From NCBI GenBank assembly GCA_019751125.1, contig JAIENU010000074.1, positions 10,464 through 74,463 on the forward strand: a stretch of DNA of 64,000 bases. The letters run 5' to 3'. Shown one piece after another: positions 17,797-27,822 of this stretch. A program made the translations under genes and the position numbers. How positions within the stretch are numbered: position 1 is the stretch's first letter; each line of letters opens with the position of its first letter. The notes below the pieces were generated by a model that saw only the letters and a program-made list of their open reading frames with translations, was not told the DNA's origin and did no database searches. The stretch comes from Burkholderiales bacterium (GTDB lineage: Bacteria; Pseudomonadota; Gammaproteobacteria; Burkholderiales; SG8-41).

Positions 17797-18744
17797 ATGG
17801 AAACAGCGCAACGCCAGTCACAACATCCGGTCAACCAGCCCGGCCAGGTGCAGGTGATCCCCAGCGGTGCCGCACTCGGTGCGGAAATCCGTGGCGTCGA
17901 TCTGTCGCAGCCGGTGCCTGAAGAGACCAAGGCACTGTTGCGCAAGGCCTGGGCGGATCATCTGGTGATTTACTGGCGGGGACAGAACCTGCCGGACGAG
18001 GCCCTGCTTGGTGCCGCGAAGATTTTCGGCGAAACCAAGGAACCGGCGGCGCGCAAGTACCAGGTGGCCGGCGGCTACAACATCGGCGGCAAGATCGTGC
18101 CGCTGCATCCCCACCTGACGCTGATCAGCAACCTCGACGAGAACGGAACGCCGGTCAAGGACAACGGCGCACTGGGCAGCTATGAGGTGGTGTGGCACAG
18201 CGACAATTCCTATGTGCAGGTGCCGCCAGCGGGCAGCATGCTCTACTCGGTGGTGCTGCCGGTGAATGGCGGGGGCGATACCTGGTTCAATAACCAGTAT
18301 CAGGCTTACGAGGAACTGCCGGATGACCTGAAGGCGGCGATCAAGGGCAAGTCGCAGATTCATGATGCGAGCCGCAACAGCGCAGGCGTGTTGCGACCGA
18401 CGGTCAAGATGCCGACGAAGCCCGAAGAGGTACCGGGTCCTGCACATCCACTCGTTCGTGTTCATCCGGTCACCGGCAAGCGCGCGCTGTACCTCGGCCG
18501 CCGTCGCGACTGGCCTTCGAACTACATCATCGGCATGTCCAACGAGGACAGCGAGGCCCTGCTCGACAAGCTGTGGGCACATGCCACACAGGTCAAATAT
18601 GCGTGGAAACACAGCTGGCAGGTCGGCGATCTGGTGCTGTGGGACAACCGCTGCGCGATGCATTACCGCTCCGAGGTCGATCCGAAGCAGCCGCGCGTCC
18701 TGCATCGCACCGTGATCAACGGCGAAGCCGTGATCGCGGGCTGA
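17797..18744 (+). CDS. TauD/TfdA-family Fe(II)/2-oxoglutarate-dependent dioxygenase, second copy
   Basis: VIPSGAALGAEIRGVDLSQPV, the WHSDNSY His-x-Asp motif and LWDNRCAMHYR. Confidence 0.85.
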   Translation: METAQRQSQHPVNQPGQVQVIPSGAALGAEIRGVDLSQPVPEETKALLRKAWADHLVIYWRGQNLPDEALLGAAKIFGETKEPAARKYQVAGGYNIGGKIVPLHPHLTLISNLDENGTPVKDNGALGSYEVVWHSDNSYVQVPPAGSMLYSVVLPVNGGGDTWFNNQYQAYEELPDDLKAAIKGKSQIHDASRNSAGVLRPTVKMPTKPEEVPGPAHPLVRVHPVTGKRALYLGRRRDWPSNYIIGMSNEDSEALLDKLWAHATQVKYAWKHSWQVGDLVLWDNRCAMHYRSEVDPKQPRVLHRTVINGEAVIAG

Positions 18745-18751
18745 GCGGTCG

Positions 18752-19531
18752 ATGGCGCCACGCAGCCGTTCAAAACGGCCGGCTCGCAGCAGCAGCCCCG
18801 ATGACTCCGCCCTGCAGCGTATTGCCGCACGCAGCGTTCCTGCGGGTGGCAATGCACGTTCGCTGGCTGAAGTCGCCTGCGACGAAATCCGCAGGGCGAT
18901 CAGGGAGGGCAGGGTTGCCACCGGAGCACACCTGACCGAGGTTGATCTGGCCGCGTGGCTGGGCATGAGCCGTACGCCGATACGAGAGGCGATGCGGCGG
19001 CTGCAAAGCGAGGGGCTGCTGCTCAACCAGCCGTTCCGCGGTGCGCTGGTGATGCGCCTTGATGCCGATGACATGCGGCAGATGTTCGCCGTGCGTGAAC
19101 TGCTGGAGCCGGCTGCTGCTGCAGCCTGTGCCGTTAACGCGGGTCCGGCCGACATTGCGGCGTTGAGGGCAATCCTCGACGAGGAAGCCGTGAAACTGGA
19201 TAATCCCGCAGCGCTGATTCCGCTGAACCGTCAGTTTCACGACATCATTCTCGAAAGCGCGCGCAACCAGTTCCTGAGCAAGGCCATTGCGGGCGTCTAT
19301 TCGCTGATTCCACTGCTGGGCGATTCGAATCTGCTGAACGGGCGTCACGCCCGGGAGGCCCATGCCCAGCATCAGGAAATCGTTGACGCTATCGAGCACC
19401 GCGATGCCGCGCGTGCAGAAGTTCTGGCGCGTGAACATGTGCGGGCTTCATTGCGGACCCGATTGGCCCGCATCGCGGACAATGTGCCGCAGGATTTCAT
19501 AAAAAAAACCACCAAAACGAGGAAGAAATAA
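18752..19531 (+). CDS. GntR-family transcriptional regulator with FCD domain
   Basis: wHTH LTEVDLAAWLGMSRTPIREAMRRLQSEGLLLNQPFRGALV and an FCD-like helical C-terminus with His residues. Confidence 0.85.
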   Translation: MAPRSRSKRPARSSSPDDSALQRIAARSVPAGGNARSLAEVACDEIRRAIREGRVATGAHLTEVDLAAWLGMSRTPIREAMRRLQSEGLLLNQPFRGALVMRLDADDMRQMFAVRELLEPAAAAACAVNAGPADIAALRAILDEEAVKLDNPAALIPLNRQFHDIILESARNQFLSKAIAGVYSLIPLLGDSNLLNGRHAREAHAQHQEIVDAIEHRDAARAEVLAREHVRASLRTRLARIADNVPQDFIKKTTKTRKK

Positions 19532-20503
19532 ATGCATCAATACTTCAGCGCGATCCTGCTGTGCGGCCTCAGCTGCCTGCCGATGACGGTGGCGGCGCAG
19601 GCGCCCGGCGGATATCCCTCGAAACCGGTGCGCATGCTGGTGCCGTTCGTGGCTGGCGGCGGCACCGATGTTGTCGCCCGTGCTGTCGCACAGAAACTGG
19701 CTGACCGCACCGCGCAGCAGTTCGTTGTTGACAACCGTCCCGGCGCCGGCGGGCGCATCGCCCTGGAAACCACCAAGATGGCTGCACCCGACGGCTACAC
19801 CATCACCATGATTTCCGGAACGACCACGGCCAGCAGCAACCTGCACAAGAACCTGCCTTACGATTTTGCGAAGGATTTTGCGCCGATCACCCAGGTCACC
19901 GAGCAGCCCTATGTGGTGCTGGTGCACGCTGCCTTGCCGGTCAAATCCATTCCGGAACTGGTCGCACTGGCCAAGGCCAAGCCGGGCGCGCTCAACTATG
20001 GTTCCTCTGGCACCGGTGGCATGCAGCATCTGTCCGGAACGCTGCTGTCGCAGAAGGCCGGCATTTCGATGGTGCATATTCCGTTCAAGGGCGGCGGGCA
20101 GGTGGTTGTTGATCTGGTTGCAGGGCAGATCCAGCTGGCCTTCCTGAATCCGCTGGGCGCGCGTCCCCATATCACTGCCGGACGTGTGCGCGGCATTGCG
20201 GTGACCACGCGCAAACGGGCGCAGGCTTTCCCCAATCTGCCTGCCGTGGCGGAAACACTGCCCGGTTTCCATGTCAGCAACTGGTATGGCCTGGTGGCGC
20301 CGGCAAAAACCCCGCAGCCGGTCATCCAGTTCCTCTACAAGAACGTGGTGGCGGCCCTGGCCGACGCCGAGCTGCGCGAGCGACTGGAAAAGGAAGGCTC
20401 CGAGCTGCTCGGCAGCACCCCCAGGGAGTTCGGCACCCACATCGTCAATGAGGTGCAGATGTGGGGCAGGGTCATCCGCGAGGCCGGCATCCAGGCCAAT
20501 TGA
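19532..20503 (+). CDS. Bug/TctC-family periplasmic solute receptor
   Basis: Signal peptide, then YPSKPVRMLVPFVAGGGTD and the YGSSGTG, IPFKGG and NWYG blocks. The start abuts the GntR stop. Confidence 0.9.
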   Translation: MHQYFSAILLCGLSCLPMTVAAQAPGGYPSKPVRMLVPFVAGGGTDVVARAVAQKLADRTAQQFVVDNRPGAGGRIALETTKMAAPDGYTITMISGTTTASSNLHKNLPYDFAKDFAPITQVTEQPYVVLVHAALPVKSIPELVALAKAKPGALNYGSSGTGGMQHLSGTLLSQKAGISMVHIPFKGGGQVVVDLVAGQIQLAFLNPLGARPHITAGRVRGIAVTTRKRAQAFPNLPAVAETLPGFHVSNWYGLVAPAKTPQPVIQFLYKNVVAALADAELRERLEKEGSELLGSTPREFGTHIVNEVQMWGRVIREAGIQAN

Positions 20504-20541
20504 TCCGTCTTTATCAGTATCCGATCACAGAAGAGGTTCCA

Positions 20542-21660
20542 ATGACTGCAAAGATCAGCAAGGTTGAAGTATTCAGCATCGGCATGCCCCTGGTGGGAAC
20601 CTTCACCAGCGGCGGTGTTTCCAAAAGCGTCACCAAGTGCGTGGTGGTGCGGGTCACCGACAAGGACGGCGCGACGGGCATCAGCAGCATCGACCCCGCA
20701 TCCACGGCCAAGTCGCCGCATACCGGACCGGAGCTGGCAATGGCCATCCGCGACCGAATTGCGCCGGTGCTGATCGGGCAGGATCCGGGCAACATCAACC
20801 ACATTCTCGAGATGGCCTCCAAACTGACACCGACGCAGCCCGGTGCGGTTGTCGGCGTGGAACTGGCCTGCATCGAACTGGTCTGCCGGCGCAGGGGCAT
20901 AGCGCTGCATGATTTTGTCGGAGGTGCCGTCCTTGACCGTGTGCAGTTCAACGGCTGGGTCGGTGAACTGCCGCCTGACGAGGCGGTGACCGAGGCGCTG
21001 CGCTGGAAAAATGCCGGATTCCGATCGATGAAGATCAAGGTCGGCAACGATGTGGCCAAGGACAGCGCCCGGGTGATCGCGGTGCGCGAGGCCGTCGGCA
21101 AGGATATCCAGCTGCGCATGGATGCCAACATGCAGTGCACCGTGGAGCAGGCGTTGGCACTGTGCAAGGCGGTCAAGTCCTGCGACATGCAGCTGTTTGA
21201 GCAACCGGTGCAAAAGGATGACCTTCAGGGGCTGGCACGGATCCGCCGCGAAGGCGGCATTCCGATCATGGCCGACGAATCGATCAGCGACCACCAGAGC
21301 CTGATCCGGGTGATCAAGGCCGACTGCGCTGATTACGTCAAGTTCGGCATCAAGCAGGCCGGCGGCCTGCTGCAGGCCTCGCGCATGCTCGCCACCGCGG
21401 AGGCCGCAGGACTGCCGGTGGTGCTCGGGCATGGATTCGGGCTCGATCTCAGCACGATGGCGGAGATCATGCTCGGCGCCACTTCCCGCAACGTTGTGCC
21501 GGGGCTGGAATGCGTGGGTCCGCTGAAAGTGGTCGACACCGTGGCAAAAACCCGGCTCGACATCAGCAGTGGCAGCGTGGCGCTGCCGTCCGGGCCCGGA
21601 CTGGGGATCGAACTGGACGAGGAGAAGCTGAAGCGTTACGGCCTGCCGATGGATCACTGA
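20542..21660 (+). CDS. enolase-superfamily enzyme (mandelate racemase/muconate lactonizing enzyme family)
   Basis: KIKVG, metal ligands in RMDAN, FEQP and MADES, and a C-terminal barrel. Start trimmed to ATG 20542. Confidence 0.85.
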   Translation: MTAKISKVEVFSIGMPLVGTFTSGGVSKSVTKCVVVRVTDKDGATGISSIDPASTAKSPHTGPELAMAIRDRIAPVLIGQDPGNINHILEMASKLTPTQPGAVVGVELACIELVCRRRGIALHDFVGGAVLDRVQFNGWVGELPPDEAVTEALRWKNAGFRSMKIKVGNDVAKDSARVIAVREAVGKDIQLRMDANMQCTVEQALALCKAVKSCDMQLFEQPVQKDDLQGLARIRREGGIPIMADESISDHQSLIRVIKADCADYVKFGIKQAGGLLQASRMLATAEAAGLPVVLGHGFGLDLSTMAEIMLGATSRNVVPGLECVGPLKVVDTVAKTRLDISSGSVALPSGPGLGIELDEEKLKRYGLPMDH

Positions 21661-21670
21661 TCGGCATCCG

Positions 21671-21708
21671 CAGCAAAAACGGCGCACCCTGGTGCGCCGT
21701 TTTTGCTG
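21671..21708. terminator. bidirectional rho-independent terminator
   Basis: Perfect 17-bp stem CAGCAAAAACGGCGCAC / GTGCGCCGTTTTTGCTG with a 4-nt loop, between convergent genes. Confidence 0.85.
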
Positions 21709-21721
21709 GAGCAGCGACGAT

Positions 21722-22648
21722 TTACGACAGGCCGTACAGCAGCTTGCCGGCCACCGGCATTTTTGCGGTGAGGATGTCGCCCGACAGCGATTCAGTGATG
21801 TAGATGGTCTTGCGATCCGGGCCGCCGAAGGCGAGGTTGGCCAGGTGGTGGTGCTTGTGGTCGGTGGAATGCACCAGGTGCGTGGGCAGCATGTTCGAGT
21901 CGAAGCGCCAGATGCCGACGCCGAGCTGGCACACCAGCAGGCCGTTCTCCGAATCCATCTCGATGCCGTCCGGGCCGCCGACGCCGCCCGAGAGCTGGAT
22001 TGCCACGCCTGTCTTCGACACCGAGCCGTCGGCCATCACCGGCAGACGCCACACCGAGTTCGAGCGGGTGACGCCGACATAGACATGTTTTTCCACGGTG
22101 GTTATGGTGATGCCGTTGGGGCTGGGCGCATTGTTGACCAGCTTGCGCAGGTCGCCGTTGGCCTTCAGGCGGAACACCGCGCCGGTCGGGTCGGCGATGC
22201 CGGTCTGGCCCTGGTCGGTGAAGTAAAGGTCGCCATCCTTGGTGAAGTGCAGGTCATTGAGGCCCTTGAAGCTTTCGCTGTAGGCGGTACGCAGCACGTT
22301 TTCCAGTTTGCCGGTTTTCGGATCGAGGGTCAGCAGGCCTTCCTTGTAATCGCAGATGAACAGGCGGCCGTCCTTGTGGAATTTCATGCCGTTGGGCCAG
22401 CCGTCGTACTGGGTCACCAGGTCCCAGTTACCTTTGGGGTCGATGCGGAAAATGCGGCCGAAGGGGATGTCGCAAATCCACAGGTTGCCTTCGCGGTCGA
22501 AGGACGGGCCTTCGAGAAAGCACTCCACTTCCGCGTTCTGCCGGTTCGGATCGGACCAGGCGCTGCGGCTTTTCTTGCGGAACTTGGCGGGCAGCGAGGT
22601 GAAGACTTCGGTGGTGATGTGCTCGAGCGGCTTGAACGGGTTGTACAT
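21722..22648 (-). CDS. SMP-30/gluconolactonase/LRE-family lactonase
   Basis: Six-bladed propeller-type repeats (EGPSFDREGNLWICD, WPNGMKFHKDGRLFICD, LNDLHFTKDGDLYFTD, PNGITI, GPDGIEMD). Start trimmed to 22648. Confidence 0.85.
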   Translation of the reverse strand: MYNPFKPLEHITTEVFTSLPAKFRKKSRSAWSDPNRQNAEVECFLEGPSFDREGNLWICDIPFGRIFRIDPKGNWDLVTQYDGWPNGMKFHKDGRLFICDYKEGLLTLDPKTGKLENVLRTAYSESFKGLNDLHFTKDGDLYFTDQGQTGIADPTGAVFRLKANGDLRKLVNNAPSPNGITITTVEKHVYVGVTRSNSVWRLPVMADGSVSKTGVAIQLSGGVGGPDGIEMDSENGLLVCQLGVGIWRFDSNMLPTHLVHSTDHKHHHLANLAFGGPDRKTIYITESLSGDILTAKMPVAGKLLYGLS

Positions 22649-22850
22649 GGCGCGGCATTCCTCAAACTTAAGCTGTTGAATGAAGGGTTTTTTCTGCGCC
22701 GGCAACAACCGAAAGAAAAGCAACGGCGCCCGAAGAGCCGCGATGTTAGCACCAGCTTGCGCGTTTTTGCATACGGTGCACCCCTGTGACCGTGGAGTGG
22801 GTTAGCATCGGCGCTCCCGGCTCAAGGTGAAAGTTCAAGGAGGCAGCACA

Positions 22851-23750
22851 GTGGAAGTGTTCGAAGGTTTCAAGGATTTCAAGCTGACCCAGATCCAGAC
22901 CAGCGACCCCGAGGTCAAGATCAACCTGCGTTACGGCGGCAACGGCCCGCCAATCCTGCTGATCCACGGCAATCCGCTGACCCATGTGCACTGGCACCTG
23001 GTGGCGCCGCGGCTGGCGAAAAACTACACCGTGGTGGTCACCGACCTTCGCGGCTACGGCGACAGCAGCAAGCCGCGCGGCAGGGAGGACCACAGCAACT
23101 ACACCTTCCGCCGCATGGGCCAGGACCAGATCGACGTGATGGCCGCACTCGGCTTCGACAAGTTCTGCGTGGCCGGCCACGACCGCGGCGCGCGCACCGC
23201 CTTCCGCATGGCGCTGGATCACCCCGAGAAAATCCTCAAGTTCGCCAGCTTCGACATCCTGCCGACCCACCACCTGCTGACCCACGCCACCTACCAGTGG
23301 GCGATGCATTCCTCGCACTGGTTTTTCATGGCCCAGGCCTATGACATTCCGGAGAAGCTGATCGAGGGCAAGTACGACTATTACATCAAGCAGAAGCTGA
23401 CCAAGCTCGGCATCGGCAAGGGCGGCTTCACCGAGGCGACGCTGCGCGAATACGCGCGGGTCTGCACTGCCGAGAACATCCATGCCGTGTGCGAGGATTA
23501 CCGCGCCGCGGTGACGCTGGACATGGAAATGGACACCGCTGACTTCAAGGCCGGCCGCAAGATCCAGTGCCCGACCGCGGTGTACTGGGGCGAGCAGAGC
23601 CACACCGAGAAACATTTCGACCCGCTGAAGGCGTGGCCGCAGTACGCCGCCGACATCCGCCGCATCAAGCCGTTGCCCTGCGGCCATTACCCGGCGGAGC
23701 AGGTGCCGGATATGGTGTTCGAGGAGATCAACGCGTTTTTCAGCTACTGA
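22851..23750 (+). CDS. haloacetate (fluoroacetate) dehalogenase-like alpha/beta hydrolase, paralog 3
   Basis: Close paralog of 13425..14309, with GHDRGAR, FDILP, SHWFF, CEDYRA and CGHYP. AAGGAGG RBS lies 7 nt before GTG 22851. GTG 22857 is the position homologous to the paralog-2 start. Confidence 0.85.
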   Translation: MEVFEGFKDFKLTQIQTSDPEVKINLRYGGNGPPILLIHGNPLTHVHWHLVAPRLAKNYTVVVTDLRGYGDSSKPRGREDHSNYTFRRMGQDQIDVMAALGFDKFCVAGHDRGARTAFRMALDHPEKILKFASFDILPTHHLLTHATYQWAMHSSHWFFMAQAYDIPEKLIEGKYDYYIKQKLTKLGIGKGGFTEATLREYARVCTAENIHAVCEDYRAAVTLDMEMDTADFKAGRKIQCPTAVYWGEQSHTEKHFDPLKAWPQYAADIRRIKPLPCGHYPAEQVPDMVFEEINAFFSY

Positions 23751-23767
23751 TCAAGAGTTGTGGCGGC

Positions 23768-23796
23768 AAAAAGGCGCTCCGCGGAGCGCCTTTTTT
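23768..23796 (+). terminator. rho-independent terminator
   Basis: AAAAAGGCGCTCCGCGGAGCGCCTTTTTT palindromic GC stem followed by a T-tract, just after the dehalogenase stop. Confidence 0.85.
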
Positions 23797-23954
23797 ATTG
23801 GCCATGCATCCATGGCCGGGCTCTGAAAAGATGCCAGATGCACGATGTTATGATCCTTGCGGATCTTTTTCAGATGGATGCGGTCTTTCCAGGGCAAGTG
23901 GCCAGGCACCAGACAAGAGCCCCCCTTCAGCCGCATCGTTTTCCGCATTTCTCC

Positions 23955-25184
23955 ATGAGTTCCCACATTTCCGACGACGAACAGCGCTACCCCTATTGGC
24001 GCAGCAACCGGCGTGTGTTGCCGCTGGCCAACCTGATCTGTGGCCTCGGTTTCAACCTGGCCTGGCCGTTTGTGCCGCTGATGGTGCGCGGGCTCGGCGT
24101 GCGCGAAAACCTCGAAACCTGGGTCGGCAACATGCTGATGGTGTTTTACATCGTCAGCTTCGTCGTGAGCCCGTTGTGGGGCGGTATTGCCGACCACTAC
24201 GGCCGCAAGCTGATGGTGCTGCGGGCGATGCTGGGCATCGGCATTTCGATGCTGTTGATGCCTTTTGCCGGATCGCCGCTGATGTTCGCGGCCCTGCTGA
24301 TGCTGATCGCGGTGTTCAACGGTTTCACGCCGGCCGGGGTGTCGCTGCTGGTCGCCAATACGCCGCCGAACCGTATTGGCAGTGTGGTGGCGCTGGCGCA
24401 GACGGGGGGATTGGTCGGTCAGGCCCTCGGTCCGGCACTGGGGGCCATGCTGATCGCCCTGTTTGACCACCAGCACCGGATATTCTGGGTCAGTGCCGCG
24501 CTGATGTTGTCCGGCGGCATGCTGGTCGCCCTGTTCGTGGGCGAGGTCAAGCATCTCGCGGCCGGCCCCTGGCGCGTGCGCTGGATCGGCGGCCTGCGCG
24601 ACCTGCTGGCAGTGCCGCGCATCGGCCTGCTGTACCTGCTCGGATTCCTGTTCATGATCATGTGGTACGGCGGCGTCACGGTGATCACGGTGTTCATGAT
24701 GCAGATCATGGAGGTGCGGGGTGCCGATGCCGCCGAGGAGGCATTCTGGGTCGGCGGGGCGGCCATGGCGATGGCCGTCGGCACCGTGATTGCATTGCCG
24801 TTCTGGGGACGCATCCTGGACCGCATAGGGCCGGCGCGGGTGCTGGTGTATGCCTCGATTGCAACCATCGTCACCCATCTGCCGCTGCTGTTCATAGATA
24901 CACCGCTGCAGGTGGTGATCGCGCGCGCGGCGTTCGGCCTCAGTGCCGCGGCCATGCCGACGGCGATTGTGCAATTGATCCGGATGCATGCGCCTCCTGG
25001 TACCGATGCGCGCGCGATTTCCTACTCGACGGCATTCCAGTTTTTTGCGATGGGCATCGCGCCGTTTGCCGCGGGCCTGATCGGACCGCTGCTGGGGCTG
25101 CGCTTTTATTTCGCGCTGACCATACTCGGCATGGCCGGCGGGTTGCTGCTGTGGTTGCGGGCCGTCCGCGCCGAAACGCGATAA
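23955..25184 (+). CDS. MFS transporter
   Basis: About 12 predicted hydrophobic segments and the loop 2-3 motif GGIADHYGRKLM. Start trimmed to ATG 23955. Confidence 0.8.
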   Translation: MSSHISDDEQRYPYWRSNRRVLPLANLICGLGFNLAWPFVPLMVRGLGVRENLETWVGNMLMVFYIVSFVVSPLWGGIADHYGRKLMVLRAMLGIGISMLLMPFAGSPLMFAALLMLIAVFNGFTPAGVSLLVANTPPNRIGSVVALAQTGGLVGQALGPALGAMLIALFDHQHRIFWVSAALMLSGGMLVALFVGEVKHLAAGPWRVRWIGGLRDLLAVPRIGLLYLLGFLFMIMWYGGVTVITVFMMQIMEVRGADAAEEAFWVGGAAMAMAVGTVIALPFWGRILDRIGPARVLVYASIATIVTHLPLLFIDTPLQVVIARAAFGLSAAAMPTAIVQLIRMHAPPGTDARAISYSTAFQFFAMGIAPFAAGLIGPLLGLRFYFALTILGMAGGLLLWLRAVRAETR

Positions 25185-25196
25185 CCGAAGCCGGCT

Positions 25197-26183
25197 TCAG
25201 TTCGGCTTGAGATTGGCCGCGCGGATCACCTTGCCCCATTTCGCCGTTTCGCTGCGGATGTAGGCAGCGAATTCATCGGGGCTGGAACTGGTGGCATCGA
25301 CGCCCCGTGTGGCCAGCGTGTCGCGCAGGTCGGGGATGTTCATCACCGCGACGACATCCTTGTGCAGGCGGTCAACAACCGGTTTTGGCGTGCCGGCAGG
25401 CGCCATCAGGCCATACCAGTTGCTCGCTTCATAACCCTTGAGGGCTGCGGTTTCGGCAATGGTCGGCACCTCGGGCAGGGCAGGGGTGCGTTTGGCACCG
25501 GTCACGGCGAGGGCGACGGCGCGCCCGTTTTTCACCACCGGCACGCCGGTGGAGATCACCGCGACAAATACCGGCACCTGGCCGCTGACCAGATCGCCCA
25601 GTGCGGGGGCGCCGCCCTTGTACGCTATATGCATCATGTCGATTTTGGCCATGCTCTTGAGCAATTCACCGGCGAGGTGGCCGGGACTGCCCAGTCCTGA
25701 ACTCGCGTAGTTCAGCGTTCCCGGCTTTTGCCGGGCGAGGGTGATCAGTTCCCCGACTGATTTGGCGGCCACGGTGGGGTGCACGATAAAAATGTTCTGG
25801 AGCTGCACGGCCAGCGAAATCGGCAACAGGTCGCGCTGCGGGTCGTAGGACACCTTGGTGATGGCAGGGCTGATCACCAGCGCGCCGAGGGTGCCCAGAT
25901 GGAGGTTGTAGCCGTCGGGCGTGGCCTGGCTGGCGAGTTCGGCGGCAATGGTGCCGTTGGCACCGGCGCGGTTGTCGATAACCACTTGCTGCTTCAGCGC
26001 GTCACCGAGGCGCGGCGCGATCACGCGGGCGACAAGGTCGGTGGCGCCACCCGGCGGGAAACCGACAATGATGCGCACCGGCCGGTTCGGGAATTCTTCG
26101 GCAGCCGCGGCGGGCAGGGCGCCAGCAAGCGAGGCCGTGCAGGCCATGGCGATCCGGCAAAGATGTCGGGAGCGTCGGTTCAT
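25197..26183 (-). CDS. Bug/TctC-family periplasmic solute receptor
   Basis: Signal peptide, then FPNRPVRIIVGFPPGGATD and the YASSGLGSPGH, IAYKGG and NWYG blocks. GGAGGAA RBS. Divergent from tcuA. Confidence 0.9.
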   Translation of the reverse strand: MNRRSRHLCRIAMACTASLAGALPAAAAEEFPNRPVRIIVGFPPGGATDLVARVIAPRLGDALKQQVVIDNRAGANGTIAAELASQATPDGYNLHLGTLGALVISPAITKVSYDPQRDLLPISLAVQLQNIFIVHPTVAAKSVGELITLARQKPGTLNYASSGLGSPGHLAGELLKSMAKIDMMHIAYKGGAPALGDLVSGQVPVFVAVISTGVPVVKNGRAVALAVTGAKRTPALPEVPTIAETAALKGYEASNWYGLMAPAGTPKPVVDRLHKDVVAVMNIPDLRDTLATRGVDATSSSPDEFAAYIRSETAKWGKVIRAANLKPN

Positions 26184-26424
26184 GCTCGGTTCCTCCGGCA
26201 GCGGCCAATGGTTTATTCCACGGCTCAGATCATGGCGCGGATTATACCGGTGACCGGCTGTTGCCGAGCGCCATCCACAATATGCAAGGGTCGGGTTTCG
26301 GCGACGGGGCCGCAGGTGCTGCGGTGCTGTTCAACATATGACCCGAAGCGGCGGTTCCAGCAGGGTGGCGGGGTATAATCCGCGCACTTTTTTCAACACA
26401 GATCGATAGCCGAAAGCCCTGCCC

Positions 26425-27822
26425 ATGCTGGATACCAACAAGACCTGGGATTTGCTCGTCGTCGGCGGCGGCAACGCGGCGCTGTGCGCGGCGCTGATGG
26501 CCCGCGAAGCCGGCTGCAGCGTGATCCTGCTCGAGGGCGCTCCCAAGCCCTATCGCGGCGGCAACAGCCGACATACCCGCAACCTGCGCTGCATGCACGA
26601 GGAACCGCAGGACATCCTGCTCGATGCCTACCCGGAAGAGGAGTACTGGCAGGACCTGGTCAAGGTCACCGGCGGCCTCACCAACGAGCGCCTGGCGCGG
26701 ATGATGCTGAAGCACACCTCGAGCTGCCGGCCGTGGATGGTCAAGCACGGCGTGCGTTTCCAGCCGCCGCTGGGTGGCACGCTGCACCTGTCGCGCACCA
26801 ATGCGTTTTTCCTCGGTGGTGGCAAGGCCCTGGTCAACGCCTATTACGATTCGGCCGAGCGCCTCGGCGTGTCGATCCACTACGAAGCCAAGGTCACCGA
26901 CATTGAAATGGAGGGCGACACTTTCAAATCGGCGACCTTCACCTACCAGGGCGCCACCCACCAGGTGCGCGCCAAGGCAGTGGTGGTGGCCTGCGGCGGC
27001 TTTCAGGCCAACCTCGAATGGCTGGAAGAGGCCTGGGGTCCGGCAGCGAAGAATTTCCTGGTGCGCGGCACGCCGTACAACCGTGGCGACATCCTGAAAG
27101 TGCTGCTGGCCAAGGGCGCCAAGCAGATCAGCGACCCGCTGCAGGGCCATTGCGTGGCGATCGACGCGCGCTCGCCGAAGTACGACGGCGGCATCATCAC
27201 CCGTGTGGATGCGGTGTCGCTGGGCATCGTCGTCAACAAGAATGCCCGGCGCTTTTATGACGAGGGCGAGGATTTCTGGCCCAAGCGTTACGCGATCTGG
27301 GGTCGCCTGGTGGCGGGCCAGCCAGACCAGATCGGCTACTCGATTGTTGACGCCAAGGTCATGGGCAAGTTCATGCCGCCGGTGTATCCGCCGATCCGTG
27401 CCAAAACGCTGCGCGAGCTGGCTCAGAAGCTGGAGATTGATCCGGACGCGCTGGAGCAGACCGTGGCCGAGTTCAACGCCGCGGTGCGCCCGGGCACCTT
27501 CGACCACACCATCCAGGATGACTGCGCGACCATTGAGCTGACGCCGCCGAAGACGCACTGGGCGCAGAAAATCGATACCGCGCCGTTTTTCGGCTATCCG
27601 CTGCGGCCCGGCATCACCTTCACCTATCTCGGGGTCACCGTCGACGACAAGGCGCGGATGATCCTGCAGGACGACAAGCCCTGCAAAAACATATTTGCAG
27701 CCGGAGAAATCATGGCAGGAAACGTATTGGGCAAGGGGTACCTGGCGGGCATCGGCATGTCCATCGGCACCGTGTTCGGGCGCATCGCGGGCGAGGAGGC
27801 GGCGAAACATGTACGCGGCTGA
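26425..27822 (+). CDS. tcuA: FAD-dependent tricarballylate dehydrogenase
   Basis: WDLLVVGGGNAALCAALMAREAG dinucleotide fold, RGGNSRHTRN, and length and blocks typical of TcuA. It is coupled to a TcuB-like gene. Confidence 0.8.
   Translation: MLDTNKTWDLLVVGGGNAALCAALMAREAGCSVILLEGAPKPYRGGNSRHTRNLRCMHEEPQDILLDAYPEEEYWQDLVKVTGGLTNERLARMMLKHTSSCRPWMVKHGVRFQPPLGGTLHLSRTNAFFLGGGKALVNAYYDSAERLGVSIHYEAKVTDIEMEGDTFKSATFTYQGATHQVRAKAVVVACGGFQANLEWLEEAWGPAAKNFLVRGTPYNRGDILKVLLAKGAKQISDPLQGHCVAIDARSPKYDGGIITRVDAVSLGIVVNKNARRFYDEGEDFWPKRYAIWGRLVAGQPDQIGYSIVDAKVMGKFMPPVYPPIRAKTLRELAQKLEIDPDALEQTVAEFNAAVRPGTFDHTIQDDCATIELTPPKTHWAQKIDTAPFFGYPLRPGITFTYLGVTVDDKARMILQDDKPCKNIFAAGEIMAGNVLGKGYLAGIGMSIGTVFGRIAGEEAAKHVRG

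Noticed and set aside
26374-26379. Perfect TATAAT hexamer 46 nt upstream of tcuA.
   Set aside because: There is no acceptable -35 element at 16-18 nt and no extended -10 TG. It is plausible as a promoter element but not supportable as a called promoter from sequence alone.
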